Counted from the stretch's first letter, positions 27,141-42,063 are shown. The stretch is DNA of 64,000 nt from Eledone cirrhosa (GCA_964016885.1 OZ024741.1:128154001-128218000), one strand, 5' to 3'. Numbers and translations are program-made. Notes: generated by a model from the sequence alone, not told the origin.

Positions 27141-27527
27141 ATGTATATATGTATGTATATACATATATATGAGGGTTGTAGTTTGAAGAATTGTGGAAAA
27201 TATAGAGCACAGTATTCTAGAAGGCTGTAGCGCTGCAAATGGAACATTAAACAATAAACATAACAGTAACAAAGGAGTTGAAATGTTAATTTAAGAATAT
27301 TTAATTAACCCTATATATTTCAGGAATTATCCACTTGTCCGGGGTGATTTATGAAGAAAGTTAAGGGGCCACTTGGCATAGAGGAATGTAGGTTTTTCAT
27401 CTGTAGTTATAATGTGTGAGTGAGTTGGTCACGTGATGTAATGTGTTGCACGATAACTATTCATCGACACATACACACATAATAGATGATTTATATATAT
27501 ATATATAGAGCGGTTAAAATTCCTGAG

Positions 27528-27589
<62 letters not shown>

Positions 27590-27764
27590 GGGGGGGGGTC
27601 TGTGAGTGTGTGTGCGTACGTAAATATATATATTTACCTTTAAAAAAACTACAAGTTTCATAGACATTCGTGGTAAGGGACCGTATTCTCCATTATCGGA
27701 ACACGTACGTGCAAGCAATTTTTTGAAGTGTATTACTAATGCATGAATTTAAACATATAATATA

Positions 27765-27942
27765 GTTGTTTCTACTTTGGGCACAAGGCCAGCAATTACC
27801 CAGTACATTACTGGTACTTTATTTTATCGACCCCGTAAGGATGAAAGCAAAGTTGACCTCGGCGGGATTTGAACTCAGAATGGAAAGGGCCGTAACTCTA
27901 TGCGTCAAAGCATGACGTCCGACCCTCTGCCGATACTGCCAA
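27765..27942 (-). mobile_element. SINE
   Basis: Same family as 18224-18440. Confidence 0.8.
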
Positions 27943-28367
27943 TATAATATATGTATATTTGTAAAGGAAACTTCATCGGTTTTTTTTTAAATTATTATAT
28001 ACATTCGACCAGTGCATTGCGTGTTCATATTGGTACCGCCACCAGTAAATTGGTGAATCGCCTACCCAATACATATATATATATGAAATATGAAAAAGTC
28101 GGGACCCCGACAGCTGAGCTCCCAGACTGGAATTAGCTGTTGGGCCGACGGGATCTCAGCCGTCGGGGTCCCAACTCTTTCATGTAACTATACTATACTA
28201 TCCCAAGTATCTAGTACTCTGTTGAGTAATGGTCTAACCAGTTTCTTACTATATATATATATGTATATATATATATACATACATACATATATATATATAT
28301 ATATGTCCCAAGGCTCTGGTACCATCAACACTATAAACACAGAGCTGGCATATTTAAGAACTGACTA

Positions 28368-28421
28368 ACTGCCTGGTGAGGTCATAGCCATTCAATGGCT
28401 ATCATCGAAATATATAGCAGT
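28368..28421 (+). ncRNA. Type I hammerhead-like motif (core CUGGUGA; an internally deleted sister copy at 39842-39882 has CUGAUGA)
   Basis: Stem I ACUGC/GCAGU, stem II GGU.AUAGCCA/UGGCUAU.AUC, GAAA, palindromic AUAUAU, AUA triplet. Confidence 0.65.
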
Positions 28422-28567
28422 AAATAAAGGATTATTAGTTCATGCAATTGACTCATGTTTCGTCACTATATATATATATATATATATGTTACTACCCAAA
28501 GTATCGAGTACTCTGGTGCGTTATAGTCCACCTGGTTCCTTACCACACTTCCTTCGTTATATATACA

Positions 28568-28604
<37 letters not shown>

Positions 28605-28772
28605 AATACATAAACAGAGAAAGCTTTAAGCAATACTCCGACCGGCTTCCGTCTCACTCAACAAACATTAGGTATAATCCCAATTATACGTTTGGGGTGC
28701 TAACTATACGTATTTTGCGGATAGCCAGTTGTATTATCTTATATGAGACATATATATATATATATGTATATT

Positions 28773-29135
28773 TGAGGGCGACTGACCGAGGTGAAAACAG
28801 CTAGTTGGTCAGTCGTCCTCTCTGTCTCTGATTTTCGGACCCATGGATTTTTATATATTCCTTTGTTATATTTCGAATACCAGATGATATAACCAGATTC
28901 ATACGGAACCCGGTCATTGAAATGATCATGGTATAATAAACTTTTCAAGGATTTACACCAGTCCAGCCTCCTATTATTTTATTCATAACAATTAACTCCG
29001 TATTCGCAACACCAACTATACAAAGGAAGACGGGTGAACTGCACTACGTTGAGTACTTTCCATAATATTGCATCAAGATTGACCATACGGAATGACCAAT
29101 TCTGTCCGGTGGTGAACCAACAAACCTAAATAAAT
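28773..29135 (+). mobile_element. Family B terminal segment with mutated hammerhead (28877-28934)
   Basis: Homologous to 1789-2005 and to the reverse complement of 250-500. The core is cagatga. Confidence 0.7.
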
Positions 29136-29154
29136 CTATATATATATATATACG

Positions 29155-29247
<93 letters not shown>

Positions 29248-29429
29248 GGAATAGAATGAAACGAAATTTCATTTCTCACTCTTAGCAGGGCACTTACTTA
29301 AATTACTCGTTTTCGGTGTGCCCGGCCGACTGAACTCACTCGATATGCAAATTAGGCTGCTCAGCCGTTAATATGCATAAGGAAAGTATATACTTTCAGA
29401 CGTTCAACCATCTGGCAGGAAGGTATACG

Positions 29430-29466
29430 ATGCTGACGATAGCTAATAAGCTTGAAACTAGTACAT
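29430..29466 (+). ncRNA. Minimal type I hammerhead-like motif
   Basis: AUG-CUGACGA-U.AGCU/AGCU.U-GAA-ACUAGU-A-CAU. ATGCAAAT lies upstream at 29345. Confidence 0.65.
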
Positions 29467-29748
29467 GGTTGCTGTGTCAGTGTTGAACAAAAAGGTGACG
29501 TGGTTGCCTAAACACTGTACGGCGTAATCCGGGCTGTTTGTTTACAAACAAACAAACCGAGCATTATAATAAATGTTCGGTAAACCGATACTTGCATATA
29601 TATATGTGTGCATGTGTGTATATATATACATACTACTGTACGTCTTTATACATATATGTATGTACGTATACATACATACATACTTATATATATATATACG
29701 TATATATATATATATATATACGTATATATATATATACACACATAATAG

Positions 29749-29789
<41 letters not shown>

Positions 29790-29790
<1 letters not shown>

Positions 29791-30640
29791 ACTTTGATAG
29801 GTTTCGGCCAGTATTGGCCCAGGCCATGTCTAACTTAATAGCACCACCTGGCGAAGTCTTACAAATCAGGGTTAGAGCAGCATGGCCATTCGAGCAGAGA
29901 GTTATTGTTTACGGAGGCATATCCGGTTTATCCGGGATTTCTTGAAGGAAAATATTTTGATGTGTTTTGGTGTAATGTTAAAGAGAGCAGGGCCAATTGA
30001 GGTGAAATAATTGTGCCGTATTTTTGTTATGAGATGCGAGTGAGATTTTTGTAGTGGGCGGATAGCACAGGGCCCAAAGCCTTGGGTGTACATTAAAGGT
30101 GATGCCAACATCATTTGGGCAAAGCTGATGGAATATTTTCCACACCATGCAGATAATGTAGCGCTCACGGCGACGTTGGAGAGAATAAAGATTGAGCTTT
30201 TCTAATCGACTCCAATAGTCAAGGCTTGTCATGCCATCTATCTTTTTTGTAATCGATGATATTGGGGTAACTGATGGTCTCTGATGTTATTGGATGCCTC
30301 TAGAGTTTCACCCGAGGGAAGAGAGTATGGTAGTTTCAGGGCATCCTTTTTTCCAAAGTAGATTAATTCAGACTTATCCTCAGTCAACAGCATATTATTC
30401 TTTTCTACCCATTGGATAACGGCCAGTAGGTCTGACTGAAGGCAAGTCCGGTCACCCACCTCATTGATGACCCTTTGGAGCTTGGAATCATCTGCGAAGA
30501 TTCTTATGTTGCTGTGCTTGATGATGTCAGTAATGTCATTAATGTAGATAATGAAAAGAAGTGGGCCCAACACAATGCCTTGTGGGACGCTACTGCTGAC
30601 TTTGGCAGGGTTTGACTTTTACTCCTTCGACTACAACTTC
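29790..30640 (-). mobile_element. CR1/L2-like LINE RT fragment with internal deletion
   Basis: VPQGIVLGPLLFIIYINDI, IFADDSKL and LDYWSRLEKLNLYSLQRRRERY motifs. Confidence 0.85.
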
Positions 30641-31245
30641 CCAATTTAAAATATATAAATATAAATATTCTTATTAACTCAGTTAACTTAATTACTTACT
30701 TTAAATATAAACCAATATCCCTCATAACTCATTAAAACAATTATCTATAACACGATACACCCATCTATCCATTTATCTATCTATTTATTTTTCGATTTAT
30801 TTTTCGATTTAATTTTCAATTTATTTTTATCTATTTATTTTTCCATATATTTTCTATCTAATTTTATTTTTCTATATATATCTATTTATTTTTCTATCTA
30901 CTTATAACAGTAAATATTATATTAAAAATAATTTTAACAACTAAATATTCGTAAATATACGTACCATTAGTAGATATATACTTCAAAGTTTCCCCCATAT
31001 GAATGTTACATGAGTTATATTCATCCTCTTGTTAATTTCTTCTCTCTATTTGTCTCGTAATATTAATATTTTTCTCTCTCTCTTTCTTCTCCATCTTTCT
31101 CCAGTGTCATTTAAATAAACGGTTGTTTTTTAAAATTATTTACATATTCATTTGCATATTCACACATATTTCCACTACCCAGTGAATTTCCAACCGATAA
31201 GGTATGATTTCCATGGGTACGTCTGTATTTATAAAACAAACTTTG

Positions 31246-31310
31246 TATTTTATCTGATGAAAGCGCACCAATGTTGTCTTGGTTGCCCTTGAAATATATA
31301 TAATAAAATA
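31246..31310 (+). ncRNA. Type I hammerhead-like motif (family I)
   Basis: Stem I UAUUUUAU/AUAAAAUA (8 bp), CUGAUGA, stem II AAG.GCA.CCAA/UUGG.UGC.CUU, GAAA, AUAUAUAU, AUA triplet. Confidence 0.75.
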
Positions 31311-31349
31311 AATATGGTTTTATAAATATAGTTTCCATTCATTTAATAT

Positions 31350-31399
<50 letters not shown>

Positions 31400-31400
31400 T

Positions 31401-31462
<62 letters not shown>

Positions 31463-32747
31463 AAAGTTTTATTTAAAATTGTTGGGTTACAACGAGTAAA
31501 TATTTTATAACTGATATAAAGTACTCAACAAGTTTTGGAGTAGATATACAATCTATTGAATAAATTTTACGCTAGATAAACTTCTATACTAAATATAAAG
31601 CATCTGTAGAACAACAGGGTCTCCTAAATCTTTTAAATGATTTCTGCTAAATAAGTCTTGTTGAATAATTTTGGTTTTTTGTTTGCTTTTGATTCTGATT
31701 GCTTCTAATGAACTTGGCAATATATTGTCAGATAAATTGGAAGGGTTGATTTCTGTGGTTGATATGGGGGGGCATACTGTGTTTTTTTTAAGGCCCTAGA
31801 CACTCTAGAGAGTGATGAAAGTATTCTTGGCGTTTTGATATTCTATACATGAACGATAATCATGTATGTGAGGGCAGGAATATTAATATTAATATATATT
31901 TTATATTTTTATGTATGTGTATGTATGTATGTATGTATATATATATATAGTAAAATCTTTTATAACGCAAAGGAAAATTTTTTCATGTGAAATGAGAAAT
32001 TACAGAGCTGATCACGTATGCTCACGTGTATATCTATAGTGTCAACTAGAACTTGAGATGACCTTCTCTTTTTCTTTTTCTCTTTCTTTCTTTTTCCGGA
32101 AAGTACATATATACTTATGTATTTCGAAGTTTTATCTCAGGTTTTTGATATATCGACCTAAGAATTTTTAAACTAAACATATGGTCATTATTTTTCACAC
32201 ATTATATATCTATGTCTCATTCATGAATATTGATATCTACAGTATAATACCCAATTCATATAAATTGATAATTCAAATTGATAGAACATAACGTAAAGTT
32301 GTAAATCTGTCATCCTTCTCTCTAGATATAGCTTTCTTCTCCTCCCTCTATACATGATGTAATCTATGTATCGCTGTTTTCTCTTTAGTTATTTTTTATT
32401 TTTCTCCGTCTCCTTAACACTATAACTAAATAAATAAATAAATAAATAATTACAGTACTCCCTCCCCCCCTAAATCTCTCATTTTGCATGTTGAATTATT
32501 ATTATTCATCTGTTACCTCAGCTGCCTCTCATTTTTCACCTCCTCACTATTTCTCTCTCCCATATCTCTCTCTATCTCTCTCTGTTTTTCTTTACATACA
32601 TTTATTCCTTCTCTCCGTCTTTCTTTCTAACTGTACTTAACACTAAATATTTACAAACATTTCACTACCAAACCAACTTTTTTTAAATGGAAGTTGATCA
32701 ATATTTTATGGTACGTCAAATTTATTTATAAAACTGCTTATATATTG

Positions 32748-32813
32748 TATTTTATCTGAAGAAGGCATGCCATGTTTTTAATATGGTATCCCTGAAATAT
32801 GTATAATGAAATA
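32748..32813 (+). ncRNA. Hammerhead-like motif (family I)
   Basis: CUGAAGA core and stem II AGG.AUGCCAU/AUGGUAU.CCU, which is compensatory relative to the other copies. Confidence 0.72.
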
Positions 32814-32853
32814 AATATGGTTTTATAAATATAGTTTCCATTTGTTTAATATC

Positions 32854-32912
<59 letters not shown>

Positions 32913-32915
<3 letters not shown>

Positions 32916-33288
32916 GAAATTAACAAATGGAAACTATATTTATAAAACCATATTTATTTTATTATACATATTTCAAGGACACCACGTTAAATTATGGTGT
33001 GCTTTCATCAGACAAAATATAATATAGATCAGTTTAATAAATAAATATTGACATACCCTTAAAAAATGCAACCATTACAAAACTGATCTATATTGTATTT
33101 TGTCTGATGAAAGCATACCATAATTTAACGTGGTGTCCTTGAAATATGTATAATAAAATAAATATGGTTTTATAAATATAGTTTCCATCTGTTAATATCG
33201 TATGTTTACTCCAAATACATTGTTGAGTGCTTTATATCAGTTATAAAAATATTTGCTTGTTGTATCCCAACAATTTAAATAGAACTTT

Positions 33289-33292
<4 letters not shown>
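32913..33292. mobile_element. Family I fold-back with hammerheads at 32955-33019(-) and 33096-33160(+)
   Basis: Inverted arms flanked by (TA)n. Both motifs have intact CUGAUGA and GAAA. Confidence 0.75.
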
Positions 33293-33325
<33 letters not shown>

Positions 33326-33629
33326 AAGAATTCATATCTAGTAACATATATATATACATACAGATGCATATCAATGCTAGCAAATATATATATATATATA
33401 GATATGTATGTGTATAGATATAGATATACATGCATATACAGATACACACGCACATAATTGTATACATAGACAATGAGAAGGGTGTGTGTGTGTAGGTATG
33501 TGAGGGGTGTTGACATGAGGCCAGGTATGAAAGAAGAGGCCAGTGTACTCCAGTTCAACTCTACACAGTAATTCATCAACTGTCACATTTCTACACTGAG
33601 ATATATTTTATATACAGCAGTTATTTTTA

Positions 33630-33866
33630 TGAGAGAGAGGGAGAGAGAGGGGTGGGAGGAGCAGGAAGAGTGGGAGATGGACAGGAGAGAGAAAAAGACG
33701 GAGTGACAGAGAGGGAGAGAGAGAGATAGACAGAGAGGAAGAGAAAGAGAGGGGCAGACAGACTGGTAGGAAGAAAGAAAGAGAGAGATCAAGGGTGAGA
33801 GAAACTGGCAGGAAGATAGAAAAGGAGAGAGAAGGCAAGAAGAGGGGGAGAGGGAAAGAGAAACGT

Positions 33867-33954
<88 letters not shown>

Positions 33955-33981
33955 GTAAGAAAAGAGAAAGAGAGAGAGAAA

Positions 33982-34016
<35 letters not shown>

Positions 34017-34059
34017 GTAGGAAAAGAGAAAGAGAGAGAGAAAGAGGAAGAGAAAGAGT

Positions 34060-34095
<36 letters not shown>
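33630..34095. repeat. (GA)n / purine-rich low-complexity tract
   Basis: Direct inspection. Confidence 0.9.
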
Positions 34096-34101
<6 letters not shown>

Positions 34102-34273
34102 CAGAGTAAAAGCGGGGTGGAGGAGGGAAAAAGAGCTTAATGTTAAGGAGAGAGTATTTGTCTGAAACGACATCACATCACGTCACAGGTGATAAATGTT
34201 TAAAATGTGGTGACACCATAACAAGGAGATCACTGCGGACTTTGTGTGATGACATGTGTGTTATATTAAAGAC

Positions 34274-34320
<47 letters not shown>

Positions 34321-34670
34321 TTTGTGTATAGTGAAAACTTATATACTGTGTATATATATATATATATATATTTATATAGAGAGATGAGATATGTAAATCT
34401 CCGACCGCGGCGTCAAGCGGTTTTGTGTGTATCAGTAAAACGTAAACAGAAAGAACAAAACAAACGACACAGTTCAATGAAGAAATATATTAGTTTACCG
34501 CTTGAAATAACAGAGTCTTAACGTTTTGAACACTTGTCCTTCACCAGGAGATAGAATGTGAAATAAAAGGTGAAATAGAAAGATGAACAGATAAAAGGGG
34601 AATAAACGGGGGAAAATGAGACTAAAACACACGTGCGTATTCAGTCAGCCATTTTGCATATATATATATA

Positions 34671-34734
<64 letters not shown>

Positions 34735-35051
34735 TAAAAGGAAAAGAAAGTATAAATTAGTAATAAGTATTGGTTAGTATTCAGTTTTAGTTTTAAGTTT
34801 TTACTGGTTGAGCATTTCTAATGCTTTTCAAAAATAATTTTGAGATAGAGCGCTCGTGATGTTTGCTCTAATCTGAAAACTTAAAACTAAAACTGAATAC
34901 TAACCAATACTTATTACTAATTTATACTTATTCCTAATTAAACTATTTTTCACTGGGAAAAATTTGTCAGCATTTTCTTTTCCTTTTACTAATATATCAC
35001 AACTCGTGTGTTACACCTCTATATTTTTAAATATATATATATATATATATA

Positions 35052-35731
35052 TGCAAAAGTTCTATTTAAATTGTTGGGATACAACAAGCAAATATTTTTA
35101 TAACTGATATAAAGCACTCAACAATGTATTTGGAGTAAACATACGATATTAACAAATGGAAACTATATTTATAGAACCATATTTATTTTATTATACATAT
35201 TTCAAGGACACCACGTTAAATTATGGTATGCTTTCATCAGACAAAATACAATATAGATCAGTTTTCTCTCTGTTTTTTTTCTCTCTATCTGTTGTTTTGA
35301 TATCTCTCTCTCATTTCTCTCTTTTTTTTTTCTTTTTTCTTTTTTCTTTTTTCTTTTTTCTTTTTTCTTTTTTCTTTTTGCTTTTTTCTTTTTTCTTTTT
35401 TCTTTTTTCTTTTTTCTTTTTTCTTTTTTCTTTTTTCTTTTTTCTTTTTTCTTTCTCTATGTTTTTCTCTCTCTCCGTCTTTTTCCTTCTCTGTAACCCA
35501 ACGACTTATTTTAAAAATATCCAATACTAATATAAGTAAACAACTCCACTATCCTGGAGCTCCCAACAGTAATGGTTGCATTTTTTAAGGGTATGTCAAT
35601 ATTTATTTATAAAACTGATCTATATTGTATTTTGTCTGATGAAAGCATACCATAATTTAACGTGGTGTCCTTGAAATATGTATAATAAAATAAATATGGT
35701 TTTATAAATATAGTTTCCATTTGTTAATATC

Positions 35732-35733
<2 letters not shown>
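35052..35733. mobile_element. Family I inverted pair with hammerheads at 35184-35248(-) and 35628-35692(+)
   Basis: Arms are nearly identical to 32913-33292, and the spacer contains (cttttt)n. Confidence 0.75.
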
Positions 35734-35801
<68 letters not shown>

Positions 35802-35896
35802 TATTCTATTCTAAGGCGGGTAAAATTCCCGAGATCCATGGACGAGTTCTCTCCAGCGGTCTCTGTCCCTCATCATCGCTGACATGTCCAGCGATG

Positions 35897-36011
<115 letters not shown>

Positions 36012-36117
36012 TATATATATATATTTATATATATATATTTATATATATATATATTTATATATATATATTTATATATATATATATTTATATATATATATAT
36101 TTATATATATATATATT

Positions 36118-36184
<67 letters not shown>

Positions 36185-36210
36185 ATTTATACATATATAT
36201 ATATATATAA

Positions 36211-37345
36211 ATATAGGTTAACACAAATCAATATATTTGATAAACAAATCCTCATATTTATGTATGTATTGTAAATGACCAAGTTAGCTAGATAGAAATA
36301 TACTAATAATAATATTACAGTTTGCCTATCATGACTTAAGATAATACATCATAAATCAACAAAAACAAATTGTATTGGCAATGGCCGTGGTGCTTGGACA
36401 AATTTAAATTTCAAAATCAAACCTGTTCCGTAGACAGGTTTAAACCTTAAAATCCTTAAAATCCAAATATGTTTCGAATAATGAAAAAGTGGAAGGAATA
36501 CCGCATTTTGATCTCCTCAGCAAGCACTATAAAAATTGGTATGTTCCACTTCAAAATATTTAGGAAGACTGTTTAACGCACGAGGTAACCTCATGCGGTT
36601 ATCCAGTGTCTATACGGCTCAGAATAGTCTTTCTTCGAGCTATTTCATTGTAAATGATCGCCTAAAGGGTGGTGGCTTGGCAGTATCGGTAGAGGGTCGG
36701 ACGCCATGCTTTCCAGCATAGTTACGTCCCTTTGCGGTCTGAATTCAAATCCCACCGAGGTTAACTTTGCCTTTCATCCTTACGGGGTCGATAAAATAAA
36801 GTACCAGTAATGCACTGGGTAATTGATGGCCTTGTGCCAAAAGTAGAAACAATTATTATTGATTTTACACTGCTCCTTCGTTGAGCTGATTTTAGCCCCA
36901 TACAAATGGCTGTTATTTCTAGCAGCACGAGTATGTGGCTAGCTAGACACTGGATAACCGCATGAGGTTACCTCGTGCGTTAAACAGTCTTCCTAAATAT
37001 TTTGAAGTGGAACATACCAATTTTTATAGTGCTTGCTGAGGAGATCAAAATGCGGTATTCCTTCCACTTTTTCATTATTCGAAACATATTTGGATTTTAA
37101 GGATTTTAAGGTTTAAACCTGTCTACGGAACAGGTTTGATTTTGAAATTTAAATTTGTCCAAGCACCACGGCCATTGCCAATACAATTTGTTTTTGTTGA
37201 TTTATGATGTATTATCTTAAGTCATGATAGGCAAACTGTAATATTATTATTAGTATATTTCTATCTAGCTAACTTGGTCATTTACAATACATACATAAAT
37301 ATGAGGATTTGTTTATCAAATATATTGATTTGTGTTAACCTATAT
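36211..37345. repeat. Near-perfect ~400-bp inverted repeat (36211-36612 / 36944-37345) around a SINE
   Basis: Arms read as reverse complements over their whole length. A SINE at 36668-36855(+) lies in the spacer. Confidence 0.9.
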
Positions 37346-37483
37346 TATACGGCTCAGAATAGTCTTTCTTCGAGCTATTTCATTGTAAATGATCGCCTGA
37401 GATTTGAACTCATTATTATTGATTTTATATATAAATATATATATATATTTATATATATATATATTTATATATATATTTATTTA

Positions 37484-37555
<72 letters not shown>

Positions 37556-37970
37556 CTTTATTATAATATAGATAGAGAGATAAATATAATTTTATATTAT
37601 ATTATATGATATTAAATTATATATCATATTATATTATTTATTTATGTTAATACACAGATCAAAGGATCAAGTTTCAAGGTTTCAAGGCTCAAATTAAACC
37701 ATGCCTCCAGAAAACAAGTAGCATCAAAGTAGTGGCTTTTCTTATATCCTCGTATAAGATTCTAAAGAAAGGTCACTGTTCTGATGCCTCTTGTATTCGG
37801 GAGGTATGGTCAATTGTGGGCCTTGAAACTTTGGGTCGCACCTTTGATCTGTGTATGAACATAAATAGATAATATAATATATTATTTCTGGTCCCTTCCT
37901 TTTCACATCTACGGATATTGCTACACACACATACATATATACATACACACATATATATATATATATAAAT

Positions 37971-38008
<38 letters not shown>

Positions 38009-38029
38009 GTGTGTGTGTATATATATATA

Positions 38030-38145
<116 letters not shown>

Positions 38146-38146
38146 A

Positions 38147-38280
<134 letters not shown>

Positions 38281-38283
38281 GTG

Positions 38284-38328
<45 letters not shown>

Positions 38329-38550
38329 GTTATTCCGGGTTGAATCGGAGGTAACCACAGTAAGTAAGGTACTCAATACATAGCAGAGTATAAAAGTTTT
38401 AATATAGATGAGATTCTACAGGACTAGAACTGTTTCATTCTTTAGAAATCATCAGGAATCACTGATGATTTCTAAAGATGATTACTAATTCCTGATGATT
38501 TCTAAAGAATGAAACAGTTCTAGTCCTGTAGAATCTCATCTATATTAAAA
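38329..38550. mobile_element. Family A fold-back with hammerheads at 38412-38460(-) and 38488-38534(+)
   Basis: Stem I GAUUC/GAAUC (compensatory relative to GGCUUC/GAAGCC), stem III ACAG/CUGU, GUA triplet. Confidence 0.78.
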
Positions 38551-38584
<34 letters not shown>

Positions 38585-38609
38585 ATATATGTATATATAT
38601 ATATACATA

Positions 38610-38690
<81 letters not shown>

Positions 38691-39240
38691 ATAAATATAT
38701 ATATATATATATATGTGTGTGTATATATGTATATATATATATGTGTGTGTGTATATATGTATATATATATATATATATGTGTGTGTATGTATATATATAT
38801 ATATATTCTTAAATCGACAAAAATAATAAGCGGTGCATTGTATGCTGTTCTATTTCTAATAAAAGGTGAAGGTGAAGAAGAGGGTATGTTCGTGCAGTGA
38901 TGTGAGCCAACCCCCCACGGCACAAGATTACCTCCCGCCCACGTCTATTTGATATGTTTGTATATGAATACAAGAGTTGCGTGTGCTTTATCGCAGGCAT
39001 TTTATTTTGCATTACACGGTCCGAAGCCATATCTAATCACATCACTTGTCTTTATCCTCAATGATGTGTGTGTGCGTGTGTGTGCGTGCGCGCGCGCGTG
39101 TGTGTCTGTGCGCCTATAGATGCATGTTTATGTATATATATAATGTATATAAATATATATATATATATATATACGTTATTCCGGGTTGAATCGAAGGTAA
39201 CCACAGTAAGTAAGGTACTCAATACATTGCAGAGTACTCA

Positions 39241-39316
<76 letters not shown>

Positions 39317-39477
39317 CATTTCTCTTTCTCTCTCACTCTCACTCACTCTCTCTCTCTCTCCATCTCTTGCTCTCCCTCTGTCTCACACACACACACTTAC
39401 ACACATATATATACATACATTTTCATACGTTTGTACGTGAGCACTATTTATATATAAGACGAGATTAAATGTTTGTA

Positions 39478-39549
<72 letters not shown>

Positions 39550-40284
39550 CGAAAGAAGTGTGGTAAGGAACAAGTTGGACCATAACGCACCAGTCTAGAA
39601 ATAGCCGTTGAAATGGCTTGAGCTCTGCCGTCGGGGTTATACATTTTCCTATCTCTCTCTATATATATAACAATATATATACGAGCATGTCCTATGACAC
39701 TGAAATTCGTTTGTTCTAGCCCATATGATTCCAGTTCCTCGGAGGAATAACAACACACCCAGGAGCTGGACATATTGATGTATTGACGGAGTGAAACACA
39801 CCTCAACAACATGTATACCTGTCTTTTCCACACCAATTCGGACTGCCTGATGAGGTCACAGCCATCATATATATATAGCAGTAAATTTATAATTTATAAT
39901 AAACGAAGCCAAATTTTACATATTTCACTTACTTATTTTATATATTAACACTTAGAATATTAACACTTATTTTATATATTAACACTTAGAATTTAATATT
40001 CTATCATACTATTTCATTATAATACCATATTATATATATTTTAAAGGATTGTAAATAAAACGAGTAAATCAGACAAAGTTGGAATTCTTCTTATTAATAT
40101 AATCTTCTATACACAATCATACACACCCGTGTATATTTACCTATCTATATCTATATCTATATATATATATATATATATATATATGTTTATCCCGGGTTCA
40201 ATCGGGGGTAACCACAGTAAGTAAGGTACATAGAAGAGTAATATATATATATATATATATATAATATTGTATATATATAATATC

Positions 40285-40690
40285 AGATCGCAAATACAAG
40301 TGGCCAAAATAGGGTTCCTTCGAAGGATCTTTGGAGTAACGTTACTCGATAGTGTATGTAGCTCGGAGATCAGAGAATCACTTCATGTAGAGATGCGACT
40401 TTCCCCAGTTAAGAGATCACAGCTCCGGTAATATGGGCATATAGTTAGAATATCCCAGGAAAGAATCGCTGGACAGGTCTTATGGGCAAAAAACTAAGAA
40501 GCAGGATACCCATGGGTAGACCCCGAGCAAGATGGTTGGATAACATCCATGAGCTTGGCTTGTAACTCTTGGGGATCCTACCGGATCAGTTGGAGATGGT
40601 TGCTTCTGATAGGACCCACTAGAAGGAGTATTTGAGGACTCTGCCCCTAAGACCCTCTCAGGAATATGCCGGCAAAGAAGGAAAGACATA
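40285..40690 (+). mobile_element. Degenerate RTE-like LINE 3' fragment
   Basis: FLRRIFGVTLLD...SSEIRESL...RSQLR*YGHIVR resembles the RTE post-RT region. Confidence 0.6.
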
Positions 40691-40859
40691 GAAACTGCTC
40701 CATCTTTTCTGATTATATAGAAAACAGGGCTTACCTTCCAATTGACGTCACGAAATAAAACCTGCATTTTCCCGCTAAGCCTAAAACATCGTAAAACAAT
40801 GGATTCTATTATTCTTTCATTGTTTATAGAGACACGTGCGCGGGCACACACACACACAA

Positions 40860-41930
40860 AGAGCAAAAGACAACCTAAATCCATAAAAAACATCCTCACA
40901 CAAGCCAAAATCCAACAAACCCTCACAATGAACCCTACAGTAACAAAATGCGGAAGGCCCAACTGTGGCATATGCATAAATCTAATAGAAGATTCAACAT
41001 TCCATTTTAAACAAGGACAGCGTTTCACAGTTAAACACAACTTTACATGTGCATCTGAAAACCTAATCTATGTTTTGACCTGCTCAGGTTGTCAAGAGCA
41101 CTACATAGGACAGACAAAAAACAGCCTCCGTCAACGTATGACCGTCCATAAATCATAAATTAAAATACAGGAATACAGAAAGATTGCATTTAGTGAACAT
41201 ATCGCCAATTGTGCTCACAACCAACATCCAAACTTTAAAATTTTCCTCATTTACAAATTCATACACAACGCTACTTTCATCCAACGTACCAATAAGGAAA
41301 CATATTTCATTAACAAATTCCAACCTCTACTTAATGCTCTAAAAATCGGACCAATCTAAAACTGCAACAAACAATCAAATATTTACAAGAGTTACCTCCC
41401 TCACAGCCTACCTAATCCTTTTTCTTAAATAAATTAAATATCATCCAGCAAGAATTGCTTCCCCCTGCATATTAACTCTCTAAAAAGGGAAACCATATCA
41501 AACCTCAGTCCACCAGTTGATCCATGATTTGGAATCATGGATCAACTAAGGACTCTTGCTATATTAACACATTTTGATCTGCTTAACTTCAATAACTATG
41601 CCTGTAAATAACATTATTTTTTCTTCCATATTGACTTTTTATGCTCTACAATATTCACGTTTTTTTTTCCTTTTTCTTTTTTCTTTTCACTTCATAAACC
41701 TTGTTTGTAAATAAAATTATTCTTTCTGCACCTTCTGTTTAACATGTGCGACACCACACTAATACATTTCACTATCATTTGATAATGCATAAAAATGCTG
41801 AAACCGGTAATAGACAATTATTAAATATATAAATAGATAAATAAATGCCATTGTTAAATAATAAATAAATCAACTAATACCTTAACACTTCACACAAAGT
41901 AAAACATTTCGTTTTAATCATTTTCTAACC
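40860..41930 (+). mobile_element. Penelope-like element 3' end: Cys-rich linker, GIY-YIG endonuclease (internal stop 41156-41158, end 41359) and pLTR
   Basis: KCGRPNCGIC, FTCASENLIYVLTCSGCQEHYIGQT..LRQRMTVH and KETYFINKFQPLLN. A hammerhead-like motif lies at 41772-41813. Confidence 0.85.
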
Positions 41931-42004
41931 CAGAAAAAAGAGAGAGAGAAACAAAAAAGGAAAAAAAATATTTTCCTTCCTAATATTCCTCTCTTTCCCT
42001 CTGT

Positions 42005-42063
<59 letters not shown>

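Noticed and set aside
37030-37095. ctgagga...gaaac within the 400-bp inverted repeat as a hammerhead
   Set aside because: No supporting stems I or III.
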